64,000 nt of DNA from Eledone cirrhosa (GCA_964016885.1 OZ024745.1:40114001-40178000); one strand, 5' to 3'. Counted from the first letter of the stretch, positions 1 to 14,639 are shown. A program made the numbers and translations. Notes: generated by a model not told the origin, from the letters alone.

Positions 1-19
1 GGTAGCAGAGTGCGTAATA

Positions 20-159
20 GGAAAATGTTTTACCCCGACGGCAGAGCTCAAGCCGTTATCTTCTATTCTCATCTTAATAACCTATTCTATAGAATAGGTT
101 AATAAGTTGAGAATAGAAGATAACAGCTTGAGTTTTGCCGTCGGAGTAAAACATTTTCC
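20..159. repeat. Fold-back palindrome (70-bp arms, no loop) containing the 3' part of a PLE hammerhead
   Basis: ggaaaatgttttaccccgacggcagagctcaagccgtt... mirrors ...aacagcttgagttttgccgtcggagtaaaacattttcc about the centre ttctatagaa (89/90), with a few mismatches. The outer part matches the PLE 3' end seen at 57440-57495 and 55604-55720. Confidence 0.9.
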
Positions 160-166
160 ATATATA

Positions 167-757
167 TATAAATGAAAGTAGAGAAATTAATGTAAGTGAC
201 TATAAGATGAAACATTTTTAACGAAAGATATTGGATAATATATCTTAATTCAATAAAATCAAGAAAAAATACTTAACCTTCGATTTTGGAAAACTACAAA
301 TGCACTATATAGTCTTAAAAAGACTATTTCACGAAACTTTTCAGTGGGGTTACTCACGGTTTAGCGTCGATCATCAGTAGTGCTCAAACACGTTAACTAA
401 ATCACATTGCTAAAATGTCGGGGTGAAATGGAAGCAGGCAAGCAAACATCGTGTAGAATTGAAATAACAAAACACACACGTGGATACCCTCTATTGATTC
501 CTGGATGAGACGAAAATCTGTTTATAAAAAAACAATCAACAAAGATATGGAGTTCAGCCTAAGCAATATTATCGCAGTTTTTTTTAAATAAAACCTGGGA
601 TTAGTCACAAATATTAATAAGCACTCAAGGAAGGCTCCGAGTAAAATATATAAATGAAAGTAGAGAAATTAATGTAAGCAAAAAGCCTACAATAATTAGA
701 CATATAAGTAACTATAAACAGAAAGAGGAAACATTTTTAACGAAAGATATGGGATAA
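167..757 (-). mobile_element. Non-coding partial-tandem (about 480-bp period) hammerhead element, retrozyme/pLTR-like
   Basis: Direct repeat atataaatgaaagtagagaaattaatgtaag...aacgaaagatat at ~167-240 and ~647-757. Canonical HHR at 302-383. (TA)n on both sides. Confidence 0.65.
302..383 (-). ncRNA. Type I hammerhead ribozyme, canonical core with full stem III
   Basis: Minus strand reads GCACTA-CTGATGA-tCGA...TCGt-GAAA-TAGTCTT-ttt-AAGACTA-TA-TAGTGC: 6-bp stem I, CUGAUGA, GAAA, 8-bp stem III, AUA cleavage triplet. Confidence 0.85.
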
Positions 758-2839
758 GTAATATATAAGATATATATATATATATAAGATACATATATAT
801 ATATATATATATATATAATCAGATATATATATATATATGACTAATAAATAAATACGGAATTTTGGACTTGTATTTTTCTATAATGTATGAACTTAAATCA
901 TGACTTCCAAAATATAGATTTATATTTCTACATGGTGTACCTCGAATCGTTTTAAATTGAATATATCATATTATGTAATTGGGTTAATTATTAATGCCTG
1001 CATCAAAGTAATAAATACACATGAATCAAATATTATCAGCACACTTAAAGAATGCCGTGGAAAATGTCCAAATATTTAAGAAGAGCATTGCGAAAATATA
1101 CAGACAAACAAATTGATAATAAATACCATCTGATTGAAAAAACATTCGATACAGTCTAAATACTATTATTTTCGAACCTTAAACAATTCGGCCCTGACAT
1201 AAAAAAATTCTTTAAAATTTTAAACTTTGTAAACTATTTAAGAATTTGAAATATGCCGCTCGTGATTTAATGTAATATGCGGAAAGTAATGGCATGGTGT
1301 ACCATCACTCAAGCCCCAGAAATGTCACATCTTCTGTTCTGTATAGGAATGACATGAAATCCACTCAACTATTTAACATTAAAACGTGGTACACCAATGT
1401 TAATTAAGGAGCCTCTTTAGCTTCCTTGATAAAGTAAGTAGAGAGCAAAATCTCTGCACATACGCTTCATGGCGAGTGGAATCCAAGTACATCTGGGTAT
1501 AAATTTGATTATTTAAATTATGAAACTGCATCTCCTAGCACTGGACATAATGATTTAATCTTAATTATTCACTGAAGGCTAATTAAAGCTTTTACTGGTG
1601 TTGCTAAATATGCCTCAACAAAGTGACTTTAATTTGAAAATATATTTCTGCAAAATATATCAATGTTAGTAGATTTCAACATTTATCGTGTGAATTGCCA
1701 ATCATACATCGAAATCAGATGTTTGAATTTCACAGTTGCGTGTTTTATCGTACAAATATTATTTTGTTGTTCCTCCACGTTTGATTTCGTGTCTCTTTTT
1801 TTATTTTCAGACGCATATTTGAAATATATTATCTTCATTGATTTTAATTCTTACATCTCTATTGCTTTAGTTAATGCCACTTGGATATATTATTTCGTTA
1901 ATTGTAATATAGAAAATTGAATAACTCACATTCAGATGTTGGAATCAATGTATTTAACTGCATACTTTCTAAATATCTCAATAATTACACCATAAAATTC
2001 AGTTCAAGATAGAAGTTGAAGTGCGCGCGAAATAATCCTTTCAGAAATGAAAGAAAATATAGTAAAATTACGAGTCACAACGTCTACGAATTCAACTACA
2101 TTAGACATTGTTTACGCAACTTTCATAAAATATGGTTTAAACGGTCCTCTTAGTTGTATTATTGTACTTTAAATTCTATTTCTCTTCCTTTTTCTGGTTT
2201 TAGATAATATTTGAAAATATTTAGAGACCAAAATATTGTATTAATATAATATGTAATGCACACATTACTTTATAAATCGTTTGTAATACGTTAGAGTTTA
2301 ACTGGTAAACACTTTTAGAAAGCGAGTAAAATGCGCTTTGAAGATGAAAGAAAGCAGACAGAAAGAAGACAAATGAAAATGTTTTTGGTTTTTTTTCAAC
2401 ACAACCTTTATACCGAATACACTGTTTGATATTATGCATTCAATAATTAGATATTCAAATACTTACATAAATGCATACCTACAAACACTGATACTATAAA
2501 TCAAAATACATAATAATTATATAAGCAAATTCTTAACACTGCTGTATGCTTTCACACGTTTCTTAATTTATTCTATCGTAGGGCTTAACGATATTCGCTT
2601 GTATGGCTTATATTTTACGCAATACCAAGTTGGTCGGAATCATTTACCTGAGATTTGCTGGTCTTGAGCCAAAGGTTGAAACAGTTATTTAGTCAAGGGC
2701 AAGGGGGTAATCATAATGTAATGTTATTCAGGGGTAGTAACTCATATGTCTATAAGTTTATATGTTTTAATATATCTATAATTGTAATGGACATTGTTAA
2801 AGTGTATGTATTGTGTGCATGAGTGGCAGACAATGTGTT

Positions 2840-3960
2840 ATGTATGCTCCAACTGGGCCATGTACTTGTTGATCAGCAAGCCTGTGAGACTTATCCCTAT
2901 CAGCAGTTAAGAAATCTGATTGTAGATGGATACCTTAAATTGGAAGAGTGGGTAGCATTTGACAGAGAACAGCTGATTGATGTTATAGGCAATAATTTTG
3001 TCAGTAATTAAATGGAGGGTCGGTGTTGTACAACATTGTATAATGAAACTACTGTCTAATAGTTGTAGGGTTAATGTATTTTAGTCCCTTGATCATTTAG
3101 TGGGAGCTGTCTACATATCCGGGGATGTGTGGATAAGATGTTTGATGGAGAGAAGCCAGCTATTTTATTGAAAGGACAATCTATGCCGTAAACAAAATGT
3201 TTAATTGTTAAATTGGGCTCTGTTTTGTGTCTAATATAAATATCGTTCGTAGAAGTCGAGGTTTCTATTGTCTCTCGTGGTGAAGATACGTTTAATTCCA
3301 TTTGGGAGACTTCCACGGCTACAGATATTATTCTAACTGGTGTTAATGATGACTGTTCGCTGGCGACGTGTGATTGTGTTAGTCTTACTGTAGAGAGTGC
3401 AGCTGTTGCGGTATTCAAGCGCCAATGTAAGTTTCTGATTCATGAAGTGAATTTATCTCCCTTTGTTTGATGGTATGTAATTGTGTTCAAAGTCGGTCGT
3501 TTAGAGTGGTAAGCTGAAACCCGGAAGGAGTGAGGGGAAGAGTTCTGAAGTAAAATCGTAAGTAGTACACACACGAAGTTAGTTGAGAGTTAAGTTCATT
3601 GGTATTGGGCGTGAGACTTGGAGTGGTTTGTCAGTGTGGAATATGGATACAGAACTAAATTTAGTGTTGTCAGCAGTTGTAGCAGTAGTGGGATATTTAA
3701 GTATCAGCAGCAACGTTGATAAAATTGATTAAAAAAAAGCAGTAGTTGTAGCGGTAGCAGTGTTGTTGGCAACGGTCGCCGTGACTATAGAGTGTCGATA
3801 AGAATATTGTAAGGACAGGATGTGAGAATATTTTATCCAATTTAACTGTTATGCTTTTCTACAGATGGTGGCTTCTATATCAAGTTACACTTTCTTCGCA
3901 TAGCGGAGACCTTGGCCCACATTTTAGTAGTTACAATTCTTTCGTTGCGGGGAATGCAGA
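2840..3960 (-). pseudogene. Highly decayed PLE remnant (GIY-YIG C-terminus, RT apparently absent)
   Basis: Minus-strand fragments FVYGIDCP..., HPRICRQLPL, CYPLFQFK and LINKYMAQL resemble LIYVLSCSGC / DPTTRQLPI / IFPLYKFK / FINKYGPRL of the PLEs at 23948-24490 and 52992-53198. Confidence 0.45.
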
Positions 3961-4244
3961 GAATTTGGTTGAATGTTGTTTATTTGTAGGTTTATTAATA
4001 TTGTCAGTCGTTCAAATTTGTACTTTCTATTTGTAGAGCTGTTTAATATTCAGAGGAAATGTAAATATATTCAAATAAAATTTAGCGTAAAGAATAAATA
4101 TCTTTATTTATCTTGCTTGTATTATAATTATTATATTATCATTACTATTATTACTATGGATTAACGTTGTTCAGATGTGTGTTTCTGAAACTTTGTATTG
4201 ATTGAGTGATTTAAGAACTACAGTTTGTCATAGTATTGGTGCAT

Positions 4245-4311
<67 letters not shown>

Positions 4312-4363
4312 TACACACAGGCACACACATATCACACACACAAACACGCACGCACACACACGT

Positions 4364-4401
<38 letters not shown>

Positions 4402-4608
4402 CGTTTCTGAATTTGTTTAGCAAGATTTTTTATCTGAAAACGTGTGTTGAACCCGATATTGTTATGCTTTGGGGTGTCATGTTGCCAATAAGAAACACAC
4501 GCACCAGTTTCTACACTCCATTTATTATAAATTAAATTCATAAATTTAAAAATTTATAAATTTCCGGTTGGTTGGTTGGTTCCATAACCGGACGGTTGTT
4601 CATATATT

Positions 4609-4651
4609 GTCAAAGTTCTTTCGTCACACATTCTCTGACCTCTTCAGTGAC
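4609..4651 (-). ncRNA. Minimal type I hammerhead in the family A 3' repeat (degenerate twin at 9337-9379 +)
   Basis: Minus strand: GTCA-CTGAAGA-g-GTCA gagaatgtg TGAC-GAAA-G aa C-TT-TGAC. The plus-strand twin has CTTAAGA. Confidence 0.75.
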
Positions 4652-5659
4652 TGGGGATTCTTTTCTTTGTCTTTGTGCCTCTCCTTTGTTCTGTCGTACG
4701 CCATCTTGTTTTGTGTGTGCGTTGCGTGCTTAGTTTGCGCATGTGTTACATCCGGGTGTCTGTGTGTGTTTATATTTCTTTGTTTATTTACATGTTACTG
4801 ATTGGTTGGTTGTTCTATATGTCTGTGTGGTTTCATTTTATACTTAATTGTGAGTTGTGATGTTGCTATTCCATTCATGTTTTCTATTTAATTATGGTTG
4901 GAGTTCATTTATGTTTATTGCCTCTGTGATTTGTCTAAACAATGCGTCTTTTCTGTGAGTAGATTCTATTTTTATTTCTATGTTCTCTAATTTGCCCTTA
5001 TGTTCTATTTTAGCATGTTGGTGGAGTATTGATGATTCTTGTTTATCTTGAAGTTCTCGCCAGTGTTCATTTAACCGTTCTCCTATACTACGAGCTGTCT
5101 CACCTGTGTACACTATATTCGTATCTTTACATTGTCCTTCATTACATCTTATGCTATATACTCAATTTCTAGTTTAACAGTTAATATGGGGGATTAGTTT
5201 ACAGATTATGCATTTCTTATCTATACAAGGAGGTCTTTGAAAAGGGTATGTATTGCTAATAAGTGTTTTTATGGATGTACCTGGTCTTTCTACTATCTTA
5301 ATATTAAGTTTGTTTATCTAGGGCCCTTCTAAATTTGTAAGCTAATTCACCTCTAGGGTTGTATTGATGAACATTACACTCTGGTATATATTGCTATAAT
5401 ACCATGAGTTATTCTATTAAGCTTATTCCTAGTTCTTTCTATTCTACTCCAAAATTTGCTCCTATACAAGGGGCAGGTCCCATTTGTATCATTATTTCCA
5501 ATGTTTTCCCATTTGGTTATGCTTCCTCTATATACTCTGATTTTATCTCACTGATTGTAACCAGAGAACTGCATACGGTGGATGAAGTGTTTTATGTGTC
5601 TCTCTAGTTCTTTGGGGTTGCACATGCGGGACACGTTTCTCAACACCCGTACACCATCA

Positions 5660-8600
5660 ACACCGATGTAAGAAGATTCCAACTTACCAAAAAGCAAGCA
5701 GATAGGCTAATACGAACACTAATTCTAAACATAAAAAAATTTACAGAGAATTATGTCATCAAGAAAAACATAAGCGTAACCTAATACAAGGAATATCTAA
5801 AATCACCAAACCAAGAGAAAAATTAATATATATAAACCTTATATGTCCCGAAGAAAAGTATATTTTTCAAGAATGTGACAAACATGTTAACAAGAAATTA
5901 AGGTGGCTCAAACAGATGAAACTAAACCAAGAAACTTCAGAGAATAGGGATAAACATCCAGACAAGATTGATGGTATAAATATGGCCGACATCTCATTAA
6001 CAGATGAATTCAACAACAACAACACAGATATATACGGCAACACTACAGTCGATTCTGATGAATTATCGATATTACAGCTACCACCTAAATATGCCACATA
6101 TAATAACGTAAATATGAATAAAAGCTTATCAGAAATAGAAAAATCATTTACAAAATTACGTTGAAGCCTCAAAAACAAAAACAAAAGTAACACCATACGC
6201 ACACACGCACACACACACACACATACAGCACACATCCCACCAACAATAGACACATAGACACAAACAACGATAACAAGAACAACACACACATCAACAATAA
6301 TAACATACTCAGAAACAACAACAACAGACACACATACACAAACAACAATAACAACAACACACACAACAATAACAACATACACGGAGACAACAGCAACAAC
6401 AACACACATCAACACCAGCACACATCAACAACAACAACAACAACGCACACACACATTCTATGCCTCTCACCACCAGCACTATCTTAACAAACACACTGAC
6501 ACAGAAAACAGGTAATGACAGTAACGCAGAAGTAAGGGAAGGTAATGGGATTGAAAGGAGAGGGAAGACTATCGATACTGACAGAGAAAATAACAAGAAC
6601 GAACACACAAACACACAAAATAGAGTAGATAATAACAATGAGCCAGAGGAAAGAGACAGGAGTAACAATGTGAGACATAGAAACAACCATGAGGCTGTTG
6701 GTGGAAATAGAAATAGAAACAACACAGCTAACAATAACAATAGCAATAGTACACATAACGCAGCAGCCTGGAACTCTACTGTTTATAATCCTTCCGATAT
6801 GTCCTTCGACATACGACGAGTCCACGCCACGACTTTAGCTTTTAACAACCGCACGCAATTGCCGTCGCAGGTCGATGAACAAAAAGAAGCACAATTTAGT
6901 ATAGCTAGATCTAAACTTAGAAATATTATAGAACAGTATAGCAAGAAGCAAAATAGAATGGAGGCCCAGCAACTGGGAGAAAAATCTGCAAATGGCTTGC
7001 AGCGCTCGCGAAATGGAGAGAATGCATGCTTGCCAACAGACAAGTCTGGCAGAATGTCGGTTGACGGTCTGTCAAACTACATCCAGGCAATGCAACCCCA
7101 CATCACTAACACAAGAGAAGTAACACCACAAGAGCATGAGGATAGGGGGAAAACCCTCAATGCTCATATGATGATATGGACAAACATAATGCAGCCCAAT
7201 GAAAGGACTGCCAACAACTTACAGGCCTGGAACAATGACGTGTCAGCGTTTATGGGCTTCGAAAAAACCATAAAACGAGCAGTGACCCTGTCACAGGACC
7301 ACCAACACGGCCAGTCTGTGGAGCTAACATTGATAGTAACTAAAGACTTTCCTATTTCCTCTCCCGGGTCATACGCCCCATTATTGAAATTTCTCCAGAT
7401 ATATGTGACAGCACGGAGGGCCTCCTCAGCAGAATCAGCGAAAGTAACCGATCTAGGGACCTAACAAACTGTATGATAGGTAGTATGGATGTTGTGTCCC
7501 TATATCCATCCATTGACGTGGATTTTGCTGTGGAGAAATAAGTAGAAATGATGAGTGAGAGCAATGTTGAATTCCGTGGGATTGATACCAGTGAGCTGGG
7601 ACTCCTACTTAAACTTACCTATAGTAATGTTTATCTAGATACATATGACCTTAGCAACCTGTGCCCTACGAAACCAGCAAGAGGCAGACCACCTATTACC
7701 TCAATAGCCAAGAAAACCCACACAGAAAGATGGAACGGGTGGACCAGAGCCATACGGACCCCCGAAAAGCACGATGAACTGAAGAAAATGATTGGACATC
7801 CGGTGGGGCCAGTACAAAATTAACCCTTAAGGAACATATGTTCACATTTAATGGAAAAACATATGCCCAAGAGGAGGGAGCAGCCATTGGTGTTAGAAGG
7901 TGACATAGCTAACATATTCATGGTATGGGGGGACAATAAACTTAAACTTAAACTTAAAGAACAATTAGAAGACAGCAACCTCTTAACCCTGATAATGTAC
8001 TCCCGCTACGTTGATGATATAAACATCGGAGTAAAAACAGCCCCACTAGAGAAAAGTCAGGAATTAGAGAAAAACAGCGTGGAAAGCATCGAGCAAATAG
8101 CTAACTCCATCCACCAGAGTATTAGAGTTACTATAGACTATCCAAGCAAACACCCCGACCATCGATTACCTGTACTAGACACAGAGCTCTGGTTAGAAAC
8201 CATTAATAACAAAAGACAAATCTTCCATTCCCATTATGCCAAACACATAATTTCCATATATCTTATCCGCCGAAACTCAGCTGTTTCTGATCACACCAAA
8301 ATAAACATACATATTGCGGATTTGGTACCGGTGATGCGAAACGCGTCCCACATTTGCAACCCCAAAGAACTAGAGAGACACATACAACACTTCATCCACC
8401 GTATGCAGTTCTCTGCTTACTATCAGAGAGATAAAATCAGAGTATATAGAGGAACCAGAAACAAATGGGGAAAAATGGTAAATAATGATACAAACGGCAC
8501 CTGCCCCTTGTATAGGAGCAAATTTTTGAATTGAATAGAAAGAACTAGGAATAAGGTTAATATAATAAACTCATGGTATTATAGCAATAACTACCCGAGT

Positions 8601-9130
8601 GTAATGTTCATCAATACAACCCCTAGAGGTGAATTAGCTTATACATTTAGAAGGGCCCTATATAAACATAAACTTAATATTAAGATACTAGAAAGACCAG
8701 GTACCTCCATAAAAACACTTATTTGCAATATATACCCTTTTCAAAGAGCTCCCTGTATAGATAAGTAATGCATAATCCGTAAACTAAGCCCCCATATAAA
8801 CTGTAAAATTAGAAATGTAGTATATAGCATAAGATGTACTGAAGGACAATGTAAATATACGAATATAGTGTACACAGGTGAGACAGCTCGTAGTATAGGA
8901 GAACGGTTAAATGAACACTGGCGAGAACTTCAAGATAAACAAGAATCATCAATACTCCACCAACATGCTAAAATAGAACATAAGGGCAAATTAGAGAACA
9001 TAGAAATAAAAATAGAATCTACTCACAGAAAAGACGCATTGTTTAGACAAATCACAGAGGCAATAAACATAAAGGAACTCCAACCATAATTAAATAGAAA
9101 ACATGAATGGAATAGCAACATCACATCTTA
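5660..9130 (+). pseudogene. Frameshifted PLE ORF: N-terminal region, RT and GIY-YIG endonuclease
   Basis: Motifs across frames: LQLPPKYA, PTDKSGR, YGLRKNHK...TRPVCG, GSMDVVSLYPSID, YAQEEGAAIG, YSRYVDDI, LPVLDTELW, VVYSIRC...VYTGETARSIGERLNEH, RQITEA. Several stops and frameshifts, and an AC/AAC-rich insert at ~6170-6460. Confidence 0.9.
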
Positions 9131-12100
9131 CAATTAGGGACAACATGAAAACACACACACACATAGAACAACCAACCAACCAGTAACATGTAAATAAACA
9201 AATAAATAAACAAATATAAACACACACAGACACCTGGATGTAACACATGCGCAAACTAAGCACGCAACAGACACAAAAACAAGATGGCGAAGGACAGAAC
9301 AAAGGAGAGGCACAAAAACAAAGAAAAGAATCCCCAGTCACTTAAGATGTCCGAGAATGTGTGACGAAAGAACTTTGACAATATATGAACAACCGTCCGG
9401 TTATGGAACCAACCAACCAACCGGAAATTTATAAATTTTTAAATTTATAAATTTAATTTATAATAAATTGGAGTGTAGAAACTGGTGCATGTGTTTCTTA
9501 TTGGCAACATGACTTTCCCAAAGCATAACAATATCTATATATATATTTATATAAGGAAAACGATGACATTTCGTCTACATGTCTACATGTATTTATGTTT
9601 GTGTTCTGTTACGCACAGAGGATTGGCGCTAGATCACATTTAGAAGTGACGAATCCTACTCCAGTATCGACCTGCTTTTCCAATTGTTGATTCACCCAAT
9701 ATACAATAAACGCTGCCATTTCTGATGAATTACTAGATGGAATAGAGATTTAGATTGGAGTCGGGTCCATAACTTCCATGGGTGGCCTTGATTCAATCCT
9801 CTGCGAAACGGGCGTAACAGACAGATATACATTAAAAACCTAAATATCTATAAGGAAAACTACATTATTTTTCTTAATTCACATACTCGTCCTGTGCGTC
9901 GCGTGCTCATATATGTACCCCAGTAATTTATCGAATCATATGCACATTATATACAATCACACATATTACATTATCAAATCAGTTGATGCCTGTATATTAG
10001 ATTTTCAATACAGATTTCTTTGGTTAGACGAAGATCAAGAAGAAATTGGAAACAGTAAGTGAAATATTTTCTAACACGTATCTGGTGAGCTGGGCATTTT
10101 GAGGTACTTCTAATGACTCAGACAATTTCATTATCAATAAGGAATTATAGGACTAGTAAGCGCACGTCAAATATTTGTATGCAATGCCGTTCCAAATTAT
10201 TATGATATCCATATGACAGACCAAACCTTTTGTATTATGAAATCTCATTTCGACACATTACGATGTTAATACTTTCAAAGATTTAATTGGTTACCCACCA
10301 GTAATTTATAGTCACATTAAATTAAATGAATATAATTCCCATAAAGTATAGGGCAAAGTTATATCATACATTTAGGTGCAAAGAAAAACGAAATTTTCTG
10401 CTTCCGTCTATGTATGTTTAAACTAGTCTTATATGGGTGTCTTCGCAGTTGTTTTCATAATATGGGCCACGTTCTGTTATGCACCTACATGGGAAATGGT
10501 GCGTTTGTTCAGATACACGCCACGACGCACGGTCCTGGAAGCAAATCAATCACTTAAGACGCTACAAACAAACCAATATATTGAACACCTTGTATTATAA
10601 CCCGCTATTTTTTAAAACAGTTTTTCATGCTGATAAGATCTTTTTTTATTGGAAATGCTACATTAACTAATTACAAATATTTACAGTATATGTAAGTAGC
10701 TAATGGGAATATAGTAGAATATTTTACTTTTGCATCTATAACATATTACTTAATTCCACGAAGACAATGACAGATTTAGAAAAAATAATAAAAAGCATAT
10801 CTTAAATGCATCACTAAAAGTATAACATGCCTCATCCCCTTAGTTTATTTAGATTAGGATCCACTACTGAATAGCAAATTATCTTCAGACATTTGCCGTT
10901 ATTACAATTCTTCCTTCCACATAATGTCAAGTAATTAATGAAGATGGCCAAATTCCAAACAAAGGTTACCTTTCCAAATCTATTAGTGCCCTATTGCAAT
11001 TTTGTGGCAACGTTCCCGTGTTTTTAATATCTTTATCTGTAAAGACATCACATGAGAGAAGTTAGTAAAGTTTGCTTCGATAAACCGCATACAAAGTACT
11101 GAGATTGGTTCTAGATTATTATAAATTTTGCAACGTATGGGAACGATGGTTTTTAATCTCCATTTGAAGCAAATGCCATATACAATTTTGAAATTCGGTA
11201 TGACATTGTCTAAAAGGTCAATAATATTACCATTTACGCTAAATATAGACATTCTAAAAAATACAAATATATTTATCATATTATTTAAAATACTTAAGTT
11301 TTGAAAAAATATTCAGTTATTTATTGATTTCTATTTCATACTTTGTCATCGTAGAATTCTTATCACAGGGACATCTAATTGTGAAAAATTATAGTGTATG
11401 ACCGGAGTTGTTAAATAAGAAATCGTGATATCATATTATCACCGGTATCTAATTTTATAGGAATCGTACTAGTTATCACCAAATCTGGAAGGGAAGAATA
11501 TACTGTTGTTAAATTCCTTGGTACACCACGTAACACTGTCGGATTTGATGATAGATCATATTAGATTTTCAGTTAAATCCATGATAAATGAGGTATCGCA
11601 TTATGAGTAAAAACAAACTAAAATACATCTCTATTCACTAAGAATAAAATAGCATTCTAAAATATATAAGGATAATTTGATATTCACAAAGAAATGCAAT
11701 AAAACATTCATTGAAAATTTCCCACAAACGCAAAATGCAAAATCATACTTGGATTCGATAGTAGTCCAAGTTGATATGCAGGCATATCCTTTATAATTTT
11801 AAACAGCATATCATTACAGCGGTTTGCTCAAAAGTCCATTAGATTCTATTAGAATCTCAGCATTCGGCATTTTTGTTAAATCCCTTTACTTTATGATACA
11901 AATTAGAGGAATTTTATGAAACGTAAAGTTTGTCGGATGGATTGTAACTGTAGTTCTAAGTATCCGGCTTGACTCACAAGTTTAAGCACCTGTAAACTAA
12001 GAAGATAATGCGCGTCTACTCAATGCTCACACACGTTCAGGCTAAGTCCATCAGCAGGTTATTCCGTTTATCGAACAACTGGGCCTCTTGTCGTTGAACA

Positions 12101-12905
12101 TATGACGGAGCATTGTTCTCTCTAATACAAACAATGGAGAAAGGTCACAGATCTTTAAATATACGATTTCACACATAATTCTTTTCGTCAGCTCGTGAAA
12201 TATTTACATGAAAACTCGCTTTTAATTGTGGTATGTTCATAAATCAAAAGATATTTTCGCATAATGTTTAAATTTAAGATTTTTAACAATCAGACGCTTG
12301 AGCGTAAATAAACGAAGGCTGTTGAATAGTATGTGGCAAGGCAATGTAGATGTGGCAAATGTATAAGTCCTCTAACAAAAATATCCGCCTAAGATTTACA
12401 TATGGAAAAGTATGTGGGTTCGTTGAAACATTAATAGGCTTACTAAGATACTCTCAGGGAATGAAGAATAGAGGTTTATTACCAGTGTACCAAATAACAT
12501 GTAGGCGAGTATCAAATTACATGGTATGTTCTAACTGTCATTCTCCAGATTATGCCAATTCGCCGATTTAAAAGAATAAAATATCCACGTTGAAGCCAAG
12601 CATATATTTGCATGTATCTCATGAATGCATATGACAACTGAAAATATAACTACCCTAATACTTAATCAGTTTGAAATGTTACTGAAATGAAAGCAAACTT
12701 TACAGTAAAAATGTGGCCGGTGTTTAATAGAAAAAAAGTAAAAGAATGAAAGAATAACAAACATATAAAAGAATGTATGTTTTACATGGCAAATAAAAAA
12801 AAAACTCAAACATTAATTGATTGAGCATTCAGTGCTGGTGAGTAGAGTGGAAATTAAAATTTCCAAGTAGAAAGTGGCAGTGACTTATTAGTGTCAAGCT
12901 GGGCG

Positions 12906-13060
<155 letters not shown>

Positions 13061-13409
13061 AGAGCATCCTAGAGAAAAATACGGTGCATGTGGGAGAAAG
13101 TATACTTTTAGACTTGTCAACTGGAATATCACTAAAAATGTACCAATAAACTTCAATTTGTGGAATAGTAAATACAGTGTGGCAATGGGTGATTGACAGT
13201 TTTAGATTAGTTTCAATAAGGAATGTTTGAGTTCATACAATAGTGTAGTTAAGGCGGACGTCCAAAACGTCTAATTCAAGTTTAAAAAATAGATTCAATT
13301 CAATACTGCGACATTCAATATAGAATACCATTGAAATTTCAGCGTCTGGTCGGAAGTCCTTTAAAAACAATAGTGAACTATTCCTTCAATTTCATTTCAA
13401 TCAACAAAT

Positions 13410-13417
13410 TATATCTA

Positions 13418-13467
<50 letters not shown>

Positions 13468-13500
13468 CACACACACATACGCGCGCAAACACACACACAC

Positions 13501-13598
<98 letters not shown>

Positions 13599-13959
13599 CA
13601 TATATGTGTGTGCGTGTGTACGAATGAAATGATTGAAACAGACAAAATATACCTTGTAGCAAATCTAATATCTATGATAAATATAACTAAAAAAATATAC
13701 TCACTCATACAAACACACATACCCATACATACATACATGCTCATACATACACATACACACAGATAATGGTACCGGATACATTTATGCAAGAAGACGCCTG
13801 GACACAACTACTCTTCCTACAAATGCATATCAGATTGATTTATAATTCACCTGATGGATATCTAGTTATACTACAATAATACATAAATATGTTAATGCAT
13901 ACATATGTTAATATATATTTACACATCTCCGCGCACACACACACACACACACACACACG

Positions 13960-14031
<72 letters not shown>

Positions 14032-14039
14032 CACACACA

Positions 14040-14098
<59 letters not shown>
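13410..14098. repeat. Clustered (CT)n/(TA)n/(CA)n microsatellites
   Basis: Seen directly; source of the spurious YI/HT/CV ORFs. Confidence 0.9.
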
Positions 14099-14100
<2 letters not shown>

Positions 14101-14639
14101 AGACAAATATGCATTTTGTTTCTATACATAAATTGTGTATACTTCAATTTTAAATTAATTTCTATCGTACACATGTTCCAATTGAAATAAGGTTGAATAT
14201 AATGTAATAAGTCATCAAGAGTGACTAATATTTACTTCCGGGGACACGAAAAACATATCTACCGCACCACTAGTTTCACAACATCAACTATTTTGGAAGT
14301 TATTTTCATATACTTTGGAAGTTAGTTAAAATATTTTAATAATATATATTAAAAAATATGCAAAATTCAACAGGATATATATACAATTCATATGCAGGGA
14401 AAATATATCCTCACCGTGTTGTTTTAATTCTTCTCGTATTACCTTAATATTTCTTAACTCTCTTTGCTTTATGCACAAACGTGACACCTCAAATCATAAT
14501 CACAATCTATGTATATTCTTCATGCTTGCATGGATTAGACGGGCTGTTACGTATTGGGATATTGCCGGGCCGCTGAATACAGCTTATATACTCCACTATT
14601 AGTCTCCTCAGGCAAATGTATGGTGGCTTTTATTGTTGG

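Larger units (their letters stand above)
4455..9535 (+). mobile_element. Penelope-like element (family A) with an inverted copy of its own 3' 1.2 kb at the left end
   Basis: 4455-5652 is the reverse complement of 8325-9535 (outer ends gatattgttatgctttggg / cccaaagcataacaatatc). The interior encodes a PLE RT-GIY-YIG. Confidence 0.92.

Noticed and set aside
4455-9535. DNA transposon or LTR element interpretation of the long terminal repeats
   Set aside because: The repeats are inverted copies of RT-thumb/GIY-YIG/3' UTR sequence; no transposase, gag, integrase or identifiable TSD.
9600-12900. Possible host exons or short ORFs (e.g. 10983-11279, 12350-12571)
   Set aside because: No recognisable domains or consistent splice structure. 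Small exons cannot be excluded without transcript data.
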